From Sphingomonadales bacterium (lineage in GTDB: Bacteria; Pseudomonadota; Alphaproteobacteria; Sphingomonadales; Sphingomonadaceae), in the NCBI GenBank assembly GCA_038209235.1, contig JBBQXX010000001.1, positions 1-53,925 on the forward strand: a DNA stretch of 53,925 bases, written 5' to 3'. A model generated the notes under the pieces. The model ran no database searches, was not told where the DNA came from, and saw only the letters and a program-made list of their open reading frames with translations. This document shows, one piece after another, positions 8,970-18,086 of the stretch. The stretch's first letter is position 1. Each line of letters begins with the position of its first letter. The position numbers and the translations under genes are program-made.

Positions 8970-10822
8970 GCCTTGGCACTCCGTGTTGGCAGCCGATTGC
9001 CCCCATGTGGGGACGGTTCTGCCCCATTCCAGTCTATTTGCGTCCAGTCTATTTCCGCATCGGGAAATGCAGCCTGAGTTGCAATCACCAGCGGATGGTT
9101 CAGAATTTCATCGCGCATTGCCGCCTCTTGCAGCTTTTCCTGCTCGGCAAGACTGGGCATCGCCTCGCCATCGCCGCGCTCGATCTGCCAGCGCCGTCCG
9201 GTGATCACGGCCAGCGTCTCGCGCAGCAGCGGCACATAATCATCCCGTCCGCTCACCGACTGGTAGATCAGGCGGTCGGTCGTAACTTGGACCGGCCGCA
9301 TATCAGCCTTGACCTGCCCGGCCAGCAGCAACCTTCCGGCGTTGTCGAGCAGGCCGACGATATCGGCTATCGTGAAAGGTGCCTCGGTCTGCGGTGGAGC
9401 ATCCTGGACGCCGGTTTCCCAAGGAGGCGCATGATCCGGCGCAGGGCGATCGGGCACGGCCGGGCTGGCTGGCTGTGCAGCGGCAACGGGTGCCTCGCCC
9501 AGCCGCCGCGCCAGTGTGCCCGGATCGGGCAATGTGCCTGCATACAGCACCCGCAGCAGCGCCATTTCGCAAGCCTCGCGCGGGATCGGCGCAGTCTCGA
9601 TCTCGTCATGCCCCTTGAGCAGCAGCTGCCAAAGCCGGTGCAAGGTCGCATGGCCAAGCTTGCCCGCCCATGCCGCCAATGCTGCACGGTCTTCCTCGCC
9701 ATGCACGGTGCGCACCTGGCCAGATGCCTTGTGCAGCGTGATCGCGTGCACCATCGCCAGCAACCCGCGCATCACCGCCAGCGGATCGACGCCCAGCCCA
9801 TGCTGCGTATCCAGATCGGCGAGCATAGCATCGGCATCGCCCGCGATCAGATTCGCAAACAGGCCGCGCATCGCGCCGCGATCCGACAGGCCCAGCATCT
9901 GGCGCACCTGATCTGAACGCACCGAAGGCCCGCCAATACCGTCTGATGCATGGTCGGTTGCATCGTCTGCGGCACAGCCAAGATCGGCGTGTGCTATCGC
10001 CTGATCGAGGATCGACAGACCATCGCGCACCGACCCTTCTGCAGCTTCGGCGATCATCGCCAGCGCATCGGGCTCGGCGACGATTGCTTCCTTGACGCAG
10101 ATGTCGGCAAAATGGCTAGCGAGCAGCTCGGATGGAATACGTTTCAGATCGAACCGCTGGCAGCGCGACAGTACCGTCACCGGCACCTTGTTGACTTCCG
10201 TCGTGGCAAACAGGAATTTTACGTGCGGCGGCGGCTCTTCCAGCGTCTTGAGCAGGCCGTTCCACGCCTGTTTGGAGAGCATGTGCGCTTCATCGATGAT
10301 GTACATCTTGTAGCGCGCCGAGACAGCGGCATAGCGCACCGCCTCGGTAATTTCGCGGACGTCATCGATGCCGGTATGGCTGGCGGCATCCATCTCGATG
10401 ACATCGATATAGCGGCCCTCGGCAATCGCCACGCACGGCTCGCATACTCCGCATGGCGCAATCGTCGGCCCGCCCTGCCCGTCCGGCCCGATGCAGTTCA
10501 GCGCCTTGGCGATCAGCCGCGCGGTCGAGGTCTTGCCCACACCGCGCACCCCGGTCATCAAAAACGCATGCGCCAGCCGGTCCCGGCGAATCGCGTTGCC
10601 CAATGTCTGAACCATCGCGTCCTGCCCAATCAGTTCGGCAAAGGTCTGCGGACGGTATTTGCGCGCCAACACGCGATAGGCCTGCCCGCTGGCTGAAGAT
10701 GGCGCAGGTGAAGACGCAGGTAATTGCGGCGGCGATTGCGGCGGCAGATCGAGCCCAAGGCCCGGCATGTCCGCCGCATCGCCGGGTTCGCTAGCCAAAT
10801 CAGGATGCCGGGAATCGTGCAT
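8966..10822 (-). CDS. dnaX: DNA polymerase III subunit gamma/tau
   Basis: YRVLARKYRPQTF, GVRGVGKTS, Cys cluster, IIDEAHML, SRCQRF and GSVRD motifs. Confidence 0.98.
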   Translation of the reverse strand: MHDSRHPDLASEPGDAADMPGLGLDLPPQSPPQLPASSPAPSSASGQAYRVLARKYRPQTFAELIGQDAMVQTLGNAIRRDRLAHAFLMTGVRGVGKTSTARLIAKALNCIGPDGQGGPTIAPCGVCEPCVAIAEGRYIDVIEMDAASHTGIDDVREITEAVRYAAVSARYKMYIIDEAHMLSKQAWNGLLKTLEEPPPHVKFLFATTEVNKVPVTVLSRCQRFDLKRIPSELLASHFADICVKEAIVAEPDALAMIAEAAEGSVRDGLSILDQAIAHADLGCAADDATDHASDGIGGPSVRSDQVRQMLGLSDRGAMRGLFANLIAGDADAMLADLDTQHGLGVDPLAVMRGLLAMVHAITLHKASGQVRTVHGEEDRAALAAWAGKLGHATLHRLWQLLLKGHDEIETAPIPREACEMALLRVLYAGTLPDPGTLARRLGEAPVAAAQPASPAVPDRPAPDHAPPWETGVQDAPPQTEAPFTIADIVGLLDNAGRLLLAGQVKADMRPVQVTTDRLIYQSVSGRDDYVPLLRETLAVITGRRWQIERGDGEAMPSLAEQEKLQEAAMRDEILNHPLVIATQAAFPDAEIDWTQIDWNGAEPSPHGGNRLPTRSAKA

Positions 10823-10933
10823 GGTAGAGTGATTAGCCGCTGGCGCGCCGGGATGGAAATGAAACCGCCAAGCTGTTCAAAACGTGCTGTTCAAAAGCAA
10901 CGGCATTGCCCGGGCGATGACAGATCGGGAAAG

Positions 10934-11023
10934 TAGGAGCCGGACGACCCGCGGCGAATATCGTTGTGGCTGCTTCCTTCCGGACCTGACCAGATTGGCG
11001 AAGGCCACGTCCGCCCGACTCCC
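10934..11023 (-). ncRNA. ffs: Signal recognition particle RNA (4.5S)
   Basis: Minus strand contains GGTCAGGTCCGGAAGGAAGCAGCC (domain IV) inside a long hairpin, upstream of dnaX. Confidence 0.96.
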
Positions 11024-11079
11024 GGATGGGCATATGGCGGCAAGCGCAACGGAAAGCAAGATCAGGTGAGGGCGGGAAT

Positions 11080-11952
11080 TTATCGTACGTGTGACAACAC
11101 AATCCGCGTTGCATCGGCGATGATTGCATTGGCTTGTTCGCCTTTGACTGCCGGGCGGTCGAGATAGATGGCCAGCGTGTAGGTGCGGCGGGCATCGGTG
11201 GTGAAGACTGCGATATCGTTGAAGGCATTGCCGCAGCTTCCGGTCTTGTCGCCAGCGACCCAGGTTGGCGGCAAACCGCCTCGGATGCGTTGCAGCCCGG
11301 TGCTTGTCGCCTTCATCCAGCCGAATAGTGTTTTCTGCTGCGCCGCTGCCAACCCATCCCCCGTCACCAGCACGCGCGTCGTGCGCGCAATGGCGAGCGG
11401 GCTTGTCGTGTCACGCGGATCGCCGGGCAAGTTTTCATTGAGCGCAGGCTCGCGCCGGTCAAGCCGGGTGACCATGTCCCCTTTTGAGCGCAACCAGGCC
11501 GTAAAGCCATCCGGTCCACCCATCTGATCGAGCAGCAGGTTGGCGGCGGTATTGTCGCTCAGCGAAACCGCAGCACCAGCCGCTGCGCCGACGGTCACCG
11601 GTGCAGGTGGGACCATGGCAAGCTGGGCTTCGACATAAGGCGAATAAGCGACCATATCGGCCTTGGTGACGTTCAGCGGCTGATCAAGCGTCATCGCGCC
11701 GCTGCTGACTCGGTCGAGCACCATGGCGGCCAGCGGCAGCTTGAAGGTCGAGCACATTGCGAAACGCTCGGCGGAACGGTAACCTGGGTGCAATCTGCCG
11801 TCGCCGTCGATCAACGCCACACCAAGGCGGCCGCCGCTGCGCGCCTCTATTGCGGCAAGGTCGTCCAAGATCGATTGCGGCGGAGGCGAGGCGATACAAG
11901 CCCCCAGCAGCAGACACAGTGCCGAACGGGCCAACCAGGCTAAACGCACCAT
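11080..11952 (-). CDS. Class A beta-lactamase (lipoprotein-type signal)
   Basis: STFK (SxxK), SDN, EPALN (Glu166 omega loop) and KTG motifs; LLLGAC lipobox. Confidence 0.93.
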   Translation of the reverse strand: MVRLAWLARSALCLLLGACIASPPPQSILDDLAAIEARSGGRLGVALIDGDGRLHPGYRSAERFAMCSTFKLPLAAMVLDRVSSGAMTLDQPLNVTKADMVAYSPYVEAQLAMVPPAPVTVGAAAGAAVSLSDNTAANLLLDQMGGPDGFTAWLRSKGDMVTRLDRREPALNENLPGDPRDTTSPLAIARTTRVLVTGDGLAAAQQKTLFGWMKATSTGLQRIRGGLPPTWVAGDKTGSCGNAFNDIAVFTTDARRTYTLAIYLDRPAVKGEQANAIIADATRIVLSHVR

Positions 11953-12287
11953 CACATTTCCTGCATATCGTAGCTTTCAGGTGGCACACGCACCGTCAGG
12001 CTCTGCCATTCGTCGCGCAGGAAAATCTGGCATGACAGGCGCGACGTGCGAGTCACCGCAACCGCCAGATCAAGCATATCCTCTTCCATCTCCACCGGCT
12101 CGGGCAGCATGGCAAAATCACCGGCATCGATGATCAGATGACAGGTCGAGCAGGCCATCTGGCCTTCGCACGTACCCTCGAGCGGCTGATCATGAGCCTG
12201 CGCCACATCAAGCAACCGGTCGCCATCATTTGCCTGCACGGTCTGGCGGGTTTTGCCATCGGCGCTGATGAAGGTGACGTCGATCAT
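11952..12287 (-). CDS. fdx: [2Fe-2S] ferredoxin, adrenodoxin type
   Basis: CEGQMACSTCH...SRLSCQ motif. Confidence 0.94.
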   Translation of the reverse strand: MIDVTFISADGKTRQTVQANDGDRLLDVAQAHDQPLEGTCEGQMACSTCHLIIDAGDFAMLPEPVEMEEDMLDLAVAVTRTSRLSCQIFLRDEWQSLTVRVPPESYDMQEM

Positions 12288-12290
12288 CGG

Positions 12291-13421
12291 TTATCCCTGT
12301 TGCGCGGTGGCGGCCTCGTTGATCAGATGCGCGGCGCGCTCCAGTTCGTCAACCGTCGTATAGCGCCCAAAGCCAAGCCGAACCGATGAACGGACCATTT
12401 CAGGCGACAGGCCCAGCGCGCTCAACACATGGCTTGGCCGTCCCGAACCGCTGGCGCACGCCGACCCCGCCGAAAAGGCGACACCCCGCAGATCGGACAG
12501 CAATCGTGCGACATCCAGTCCGTCGCGCCGCAGGTTGAGATTCCCGTAATAGCGATGCTCTGCCGACCCGTTGATCGACCAGCCATCAAACAGCTGCAAG
12601 GCCCTGTCCCAAAGCTGTCTGGCATGCGCCGCGTCCTGCGCCTGACGGGCTTTGGCAACCGTGGCTGCTGCGCCAAATCCCGCGCACAAGGCTGGCGACA
12701 ATGTACCCGATCGCAGCCCCATTTCCTGCCCGCCGCCATGGATCAGCGGCTCGATATCGACGCCATCGCGCACCCACAACGCACCGATGCCCTTAGGGCC
12801 GTGGATCTTGTGCGCGCTGATCGCGATCAGATCGGCGGATTCAGGACTCGCTACCCGGCCATAGCCCTGCACCGCATCGCACAGCAACAGCGCGCCAGCC
12901 TGATGCGCGAGCGCGGCCAGCGCACCGACCGGCTGGATTACGCCGATCTCGTTGTTGACCAGCATCGCTGCAACCAGCGCGGTATCGGAGCCGATGGCTT
13001 TGCGCGCTGTTTCCAGATCGACCAGACCGTCGGTTCCCACCGGCAGCAGATCGAGCCCATAGCCCTGTTTCTCCAGCCAGAAGCAGGTATCGCGCACTGC
13101 GGCATGCTCGCTGGCAAGGGTGACAATACGGCGGCGCGGTAACTGTCCCGCCAGCACACCGCGAAGCGCCATGTTGAGCGCCTCGGTCGCGCCGCTGGTG
13201 AAGATGACCCGGCCAGCACCGGGTAACAGCGCGCCCACCTGCCCCCGCGCGACCTCGACTGCGGCTGTTGCCTTGCGCCCTGCGGCATGCGAACTGTGCG
13301 GGTTGGCCCACCCGGTCGCCGAACCCGTTTCGCCCAGCCAGGGCAGCATCGCGGCGCGCGCTTCTGGTGCCAGCGGCGTGGTGGACTGATAGTCGAGATA
13401 GATTGGCGGCGGCATTGCCAT
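12291..13421 (-). CDS. Cysteine desulfurase (IscS/NifS type)
   Basis: IYLDYQSTTP, FTSGATE, VNNEIG, SAHKIHGPKG, RSGT and SAGSAC motifs. Confidence 0.93.
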   Translation of the reverse strand: MAMPPPIYLDYQSTTPLAPEARAAMLPWLGETGSATGWANPHSSHAAGRKATAAVEVARGQVGALLPGAGRVIFTSGATEALNMALRGVLAGQLPRRRIVTLASEHAAVRDTCFWLEKQGYGLDLLPVGTDGLVDLETARKAIGSDTALVAAMLVNNEIGVIQPVGALAALAHQAGALLLCDAVQGYGRVASPESADLIAISAHKIHGPKGIGALWVRDGVDIEPLIHGGGQEMGLRSGTLSPALCAGFGAAATVAKARQAQDAAHARQLWDRALQLFDGWSINGSAEHRYYGNLNLRRDGLDVARLLSDLRGVAFSAGSACASGSGRPSHVLSALGLSPEMVRSSVRLGFGRYTTVDELERAAHLINEAATAQQG

Positions 13422-14506
13422 CACCGGCGCGCCCGCTCGGCCATCGCACGCCATAATTCGATGAAGCGATAGATATGCGCGCGGCTGGTCGATGGACCAA
13501 AGCTTACGCGGACCACCTCGCTGGCTGCCTTTTCATCCCAGCCCATGGCGGTCAGCACCGCACTGGTCTTCAGCGTGCCCGACGAACAGGCGCTGCCCGC
13601 CGAGACCGACACCCCTGCCAGATCGAACTGGATCAGTTGCGCGTTGGCGGCAAGGCCCGGCATGCGATAGCTGGCTATGGTCGGCAGACGCGCCGCGCCC
13701 TCGGCGACGATTTCGCCGCCGCCAGCGCGGATTGCGCTGTCGAGCTGATGCCGAAGGTCGGCAGCGCGCTCAAGCCAGTTGCGCGATGTCTCCAGAGCGG
13801 CAGCAAAGCCCAGCGCGCCGGGCAGGTTTTCGGTACCCGCACGATAGCCCTTTTCCTGCCCGCCGGCCGGCTCCAGCAAAGCCAGGTCGCGCACCAGCAA
13901 TGCGCCGATACCCGGCGGGCCACCCAGCTTGTGCGCCGACACGACGATCATGTCCGCATCGGGCAGCGGCAGCTTGCCCGCGCTTTGCGAGCAATCGCAC
14001 AGCAACAGCCCGCCGACCGCGCGCGTCATCGCAGCAATAGCCAGGATATCCTGCATCACGCCGGTCTCGCTGTTGACCGACTGCACCGCCACCAGCGCGC
14101 GCCCGCCGCCGACGTTGAGCGCGCGTTCCAGGCTTGCCTGCACCAGCCGTCCGTCAAGATCGACCGCCAGCCGCAACGCAGAACGCCCGACCAGCGGATG
14201 CGACGCAATCCGCAGCACCGCATCATGCTCTGTCGGCGAAAATATCCAGCCGTCGGTCTTGCTGCCGGTCATCGCCAGCGCAACCGCCTCGCTGGCACCG
14301 CTGGTCAAGATAATCTCACCATCCCAGCCCATCGCGGCCGCGATACGGGCTCGCGCATCTTCAAGCGCGGCGCGGGCGGCGCGGCCATCAGCATGCGGTG
14401 AGGAAGGGTTGGCCCAAAGCTCCAGTCCGGCCTGCGTCGCTGCGCGCGCCTCGGTTAGCACCGGCGTAGTGGCGGCATGGTCCAGATAAATGCGTGGTTC
14501 GGCCAT
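13421..14506 (-). CDS. Cysteine desulfurase family protein (second copy)
   Basis: IYLDHAATTP, NPSS.H, NSETG, SAHKLGGPPG, RAGTEN and SAGSACSSG motifs. Confidence 0.93.
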   Translation of the reverse strand: MAEPRIYLDHAATTPVLTEARAATQAGLELWANPSSPHADGRAARAALEDARARIAAAMGWDGEIILTSGASEAVALAMTGSKTDGWIFSPTEHDAVLRIASHPLVGRSALRLAVDLDGRLVQASLERALNVGGGRALVAVQSVNSETGVMQDILAIAAMTRAVGGLLLCDCSQSAGKLPLPDADMIVVSAHKLGGPPGIGALLVRDLALLEPAGGQEKGYRAGTENLPGALGFAAALETSRNWLERAADLRHQLDSAIRAGGGEIVAEGAARLPTIASYRMPGLAANAQLIQFDLAGVSVSAGSACSSGTLKTSAVLTAMGWDEKAASEVVRVSFGPSTSRAHIYRFIELWRAMAERARR

Positions 14507-14697
14507 AGTCAGCCGTGATAATCGAGGAAAGCGGCTAGGTTCATTGCGTTCGTCTACCCGCAGCCGCTGGCCTTGCCACGCATTTTGTTGCTTTTTGACA
14601 GGCAATTTGCGTATAGGCGCTCTCCCTGCGCGTCCGGTCCGCCATGCCGCGTGAGCCCGTCCGTGTCATTTTCATAGTTCTGAAAGAGCGCCAAACC

Positions 14698-15354
14698 ATG
14701 CCCGCCGTCATCTTTCCCGGCCCCGAAGGCCGTCTCGAAGGGCGTTTCAGCCCCGCCCCCCGCCCACGCGCTCCGGTGGCGATGATCCTGCATCCGCACC
14801 CTCAGGGCGGCGGCACGATGAACGACCGGATCACACAGGCGCTCTACAAATCTTTTGTGCGGCGTGGCTTTGCAACGCTGCGCTTCAACTTTCGCGGCGT
14901 CGGGCGCAGTCAGGGTACCTTCGACAACGGTATCGGCGAGTTGTCCGATGCAGCTTCGGCGCTCGACTGGGTGCAAAGCTTCCATCCCGAAGCGCAGACC
15001 ACCTGGGTGGCAGGCTTCAGCTTCGGCGCGCTGATTGGCATGCAACTGCTGATGCGGCGTCCGGAAATTCGCGGCTTCATCTCGGTGGCACCGCCTGCCA
15101 ACATGTATGATTTCAGTTTCCTTGCTCCCTGCCCCGCCTCGGGCATCATCGTGCAGGGTGCATCGGACACGGTGGTGACATCGGGCGCGGTGCAAAAGCT
15201 GGTCGACAAGCTGCGCACGCAAAAGCATATCACCATCCACCATGACGAAATTTCGCGCGCCAACCACTTCTTCGAGCATGAACTGGACGACCTGATGCAT
15301 TCGGTCGACAATTACCTCGACATGCGGCTCGCCCCGGATTCGCCGATCAAGTAA
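14698..15354 (+). CDS. Alpha/beta hydrolase, divergent from the desulfurase genes
   Basis: GPEGRLEG, HPHP..GGTM, RFNFRGVG.S.G, GFSFG nucleophile elbow and NHFF. Confidence 0.92.
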   Translation: MPAVIFPGPEGRLEGRFSPAPRPRAPVAMILHPHPQGGGTMNDRITQALYKSFVRRGFATLRFNFRGVGRSQGTFDNGIGELSDAASALDWVQSFHPEAQTTWVAGFSFGALIGMQLLMRRPEIRGFISVAPPANMYDFSFLAPCPASGIIVQGASDTVVTSGAVQKLVDKLRTQKHITIHHDEISRANHFFEHELDDLMHSVDNYLDMRLAPDSPIK

Positions 15355-15462
15355 ACGCTGCGCTTTGACGTATCGTGGATGACATTCGTCGAACCGGTGT
15401 CGTCTGTGTCGTGATGAGCTGATAACTCTCAATCCTGGCCAGATAGCCAGGGGAGCAGCCGA

Positions 15463-16497
15463 TTGATGCGAAATGTCCACATTGGTCTTGTCAGCGCAGC
15501 CGTTCTGGCGCTGACGTCTGCACCGCCTCTTTCAGCGCAGACGCAGCCAGACACCGCCATCACGGATGACGATTCCGATCCGACGATCAATGTCATTGGC
15601 CGCAAGCAAAGCGAGGAAGAGGCCCGGCGCGAGGCCAATGACTTCGTTCGGCGCACCGGCATAGCCAATGGCGAGGCACCGGTTGCGCGCTGGGTTGGAC
15701 CGGTCTGCCCGCGTGTGCTGGGCATCCAGGAGAATTACGCCGCCATCGTCGAGCAAAAAGTGCGTGCGATTGCGCAGAAAGCGGACATTCGCCTCGCCCC
15801 GGCACCGTGCAAGGCAAATGTTGTCATCAGCTTTGCCACCGATGCCCGCGCCGTCGTGCAACGGATTGCGCAAAAGGCCCCGGGCCGCATCGCCGAGGTG
15901 CCCGGCCCGGCACGGTCTGCGCTGCTGAAAGGCGATGCGCCGGTACGCTGGTGGTACACGACTCAAGAAACCGGTGTTGACGGGATCAGCGCGACGGTTT
16001 CGGACAATCTGGCAGCCAACGCAGGAACCGCAGAGGGCGGCGGTTCATCGATCGGCAACGGCCTGCCGACAATTCAGGCCTATAGTTCCAGCATCATTCG
16101 CACTCAGGTGGTCCGCGCGCTGCGCAGCGCCACGGTGGTGATCGACGTGAAACTGGCCCAAGGTGTTCCGCTTGATGCGGTTGCCGATTATGCCGCGATG
16201 GTGGCCTTTGCCGAAATCAAACCCAGCCAGATGCCGCCACCCAATTCGGTGCTGGGCCTTTTTGGCCAAGGCAAGGGGCTGGTCGGCGAAGGCAAGGGGC
16301 TGGTCGGCGAAGGCAAGGAACTGGTGGCAGCCACCGACTGGGACATCAATTTTCTCCGCGCGCTCTACAGCATCCCGGCCGCGCGCGCTGGATGGAAGCA
16401 ACGGCGCATGCTGGTCGGTGAGATCATGAAGGGGGCAGAGGCTGCCGGACAGATCGACGATGATGACCTGACCGAAGGCCTTGGCGATCAGCGCTGA
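15463..16497 (+). CDS. Hypothetical secreted protein
   Basis: Signal peptide ending LSAQ; RW..PVCP.V.G, C.ANV.I.F and ADYAAMV..A blocks; genomic codon bias. Confidence 0.8.
   Translation: MMRNVHIGLVSAAVLALTSAPPLSAQTQPDTAITDDDSDPTINVIGRKQSEEEARREANDFVRRTGIANGEAPVARWVGPVCPRVLGIQENYAAIVEQKVRAIAQKADIRLAPAPCKANVVISFATDARAVVQRIAQKAPGRIAEVPGPARSALLKGDAPVRWWYTTQETGVDGISATVSDNLAANAGTAEGGGSSIGNGLPTIQAYSSSIIRTQVVRALRSATVVIDVKLAQGVPLDAVADYAAMVAFAEIKPSQMPPPNSVLGLFGQGKGLVGEGKGLVGEGKELVAATDWDINFLRALYSIPAARAGWKQRRMLVGEIMKGAEAAGQIDDDDLTEGLGDQR
16270..16325 (+). repeat. In-frame 21-bp tandem repeat (about 2.7 copies, GKGLVGE)
   Basis: GGCAAGGGGCTGGTCGGCGAA twice exactly, plus partial GGCAAGGAACTGGT. Confidence 0.95.
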
Positions 16498-16514
16498 GCT
16501 TGCAGTCCGGTAGA

Positions 16515-17522
16515 TCAGCCCGCCGTCACCGTCTGTTCGATCGCGCCGAAGATCGTGTGCTCGCGCTCGTCGTGGACGTCGATGCGAACGGTGTCGCCGT
16601 GCTTGAGGAATGGCGTGGTCATCTCGCCTGTGGTGATCTTCTCGACCATGCGCAGTTCGGCGATACAGCTATAACCCAGACCGCCATCGGCCACCGGCCT
16701 GCCCGGCCCGCCATCGGCATCGCGGTTCGATACGGTGCCCGATCCGATGATCGAGCCTGCCCGCACCCGGCGGGTCTTGGCCAGATGCGCGATCAGGATG
16801 CCGAAATCGAAGGTGCAATCATCCGAGGCCACCGCCCGCCCGAACGGCTCACTGTTGAGATCGACCATCAATGCCCGGTGCAGCTTGCCATCCTGCCAGT
16901 AATCACCCAGCGTATCGGGGGTGACGAACACCGGCGAAAACGCGCTGGCCGGCTTTGACTGGACAAAACCGAAGCCCTTTGCGAGCTCATCGGGGATCAG
17001 GTTGCGCAGCGACACATCGTTGACCAGGCCGACCAGCCGGATATGGCCGCGCGCCTCTTGAGGCGTCACACCCTGCGGCACGTCGCCGGTGACAACGATG
17101 ATCTCCGCCTCCAGATCGCAGCCCCAGGCCTCGTCCTTGAGCGCAATCGGATCACGCGCGCCGATCAGGTCATCCGAGCCGCCCTGATACATCAACGGAT
17201 CGCTCCAGAAGCTCTCGGGCAGCTCCGCGCCGCGCGCTTTGCGCACCAGTTCGACATGGTTGACATATGCCGAGCCATCCACCCATTGATAGGCGCGCGG
17301 CAACGGCGCTGCGGCGTCGTGCTCATGGAAACGCTCGCGCGGAATGGCGCCATGTTCAAGATCGCGCGCCAGAACCTCAAGATAGGGTGCCATCCGGTCC
17401 CAATCGTCGAGGGCCGCCTGCATCGTCGGCACAAGATGGCGTGCGTCTGCATACCAGGCCAGATCGTTTGATACGACGACCAGATGGCCATCGCGGCCGC
17501 TTTTCAAAGACGCGAGTTTCAT
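16515..17522 (-). CDS. Fumarylacetoacetate hydrolase family protein
   Basis: MKLASLK.GRDG.LVVVS, PLPRAYQW.DGSAY, D.EAE, NDVSLRNL and GSGTVSN motifs. Confidence 0.92.
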   Translation of the reverse strand: MKLASLKSGRDGHLVVVSNDLAWYADARHLVPTMQAALDDWDRMAPYLEVLARDLEHGAIPRERFHEHDAAAPLPRAYQWVDGSAYVNHVELVRKARGAELPESFWSDPLMYQGGSDDLIGARDPIALKDEAWGCDLEAEIIVVTGDVPQGVTPQEARGHIRLVGLVNDVSLRNLIPDELAKGFGFVQSKPASAFSPVFVTPDTLGDYWQDGKLHRALMVDLNSEPFGRAVASDDCTFDFGILIAHLAKTRRVRAGSIIGSGTVSNRDADGGPGRPVADGGLGYSCIAELRMVEKITTGEMTTPFLKHGDTVRIDVHDEREHTIFGAIEQTVTAG

Positions 17523-17575
17523 AGGGTGCGGATTCCTCTCACTTTGGTTCCGACGCGCGAAATGTTGCGCAACAT

Positions 17576-17591
17576 AGTATCATATGAAACT
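17576..17591. promoter_or_regulatory. Palindromic operator upstream of the FAH gene (likely MarR site)
   Basis: AGTATCAT-ATGAAACT, a 16-bp palindrome with one mismatch in an AT-rich promoter region next to the marR gene. Confidence 0.55.
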
Positions 17592-17620
17592 GGACGGCAA
17601 GGCTAAAAGCTCTCAGATTA

Positions 17621-18073
17621 TCATTCGCGCGCCAACTCATCGGCCCTGCAGAGCAGCTTGTCCAGCAGCGCAGAAAACTGTGCGTTCTCCGGCGGGCTAA
17701 GGACTTCGAGCACCAATGCCTCCATCTGCAGCGCCAACGGCATGATTTCTACATACAGCGCCTGCCCCGCCTCGGTCAGCGCCAGATGGTGCGACCGGCC
17801 GTCGTGCATATTGGGCGCGCGCGTGATCAGCACCCGCTCGCCAAGTGCCTTTGTCGCGCGGTTGACGGCGACCTTGTCCATGCGCGTTGCGGCCACAAGT
17901 TCGCGCTGCGTCGCGTCTCCGACATCGCCCAGCACCGCCATCACCCGCCACTCGGTAATCTTGAGGCCAAAGCGGCTGCGGTATTCGCGGGCAATCAGGT
18001 CGCTGACCGCATTCGACGTGATCGACATGCGGTAGGGCAGGAAATCGGCAAGGCGGGTTGTGGGCTGGGTCAT
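17621..18073 (-). CDS. MarR family transcriptional regulator
   Basis: FLPYR....SN.VS, FGL...EWRV.AVL, MDKV.V.RA and D.RS..L.LT.AG motifs. Confidence 0.92.
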   Translation of the reverse strand: MTQPTTRLADFLPYRMSITSNAVSDLIAREYRSRFGLKITEWRVMAVLGDVGDATQRELVAATRMDKVAVNRATKALGERVLITRAPNMHDGRSHHLALTEAGQALYVEIMPLALQMEALVLEVLSPPENAQFSALLDKLLCRADELARE

Positions 18074-18086
18074 CAGGCTTGAAATG

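Noticed and set aside
8966-10822. Programmed frameshift in dnaX
   Set aside because: I saw no A-AAA-AAG slippery site or long A run, and the ORF is continuous.
12291-14506. Tandem cysteine desulfurases as a novelty
   Set aside because: Two adjacent desulfurases plus ferredoxin opposite an alpha/beta hydrolase is a familiar alphaproteobacterial arrangement.
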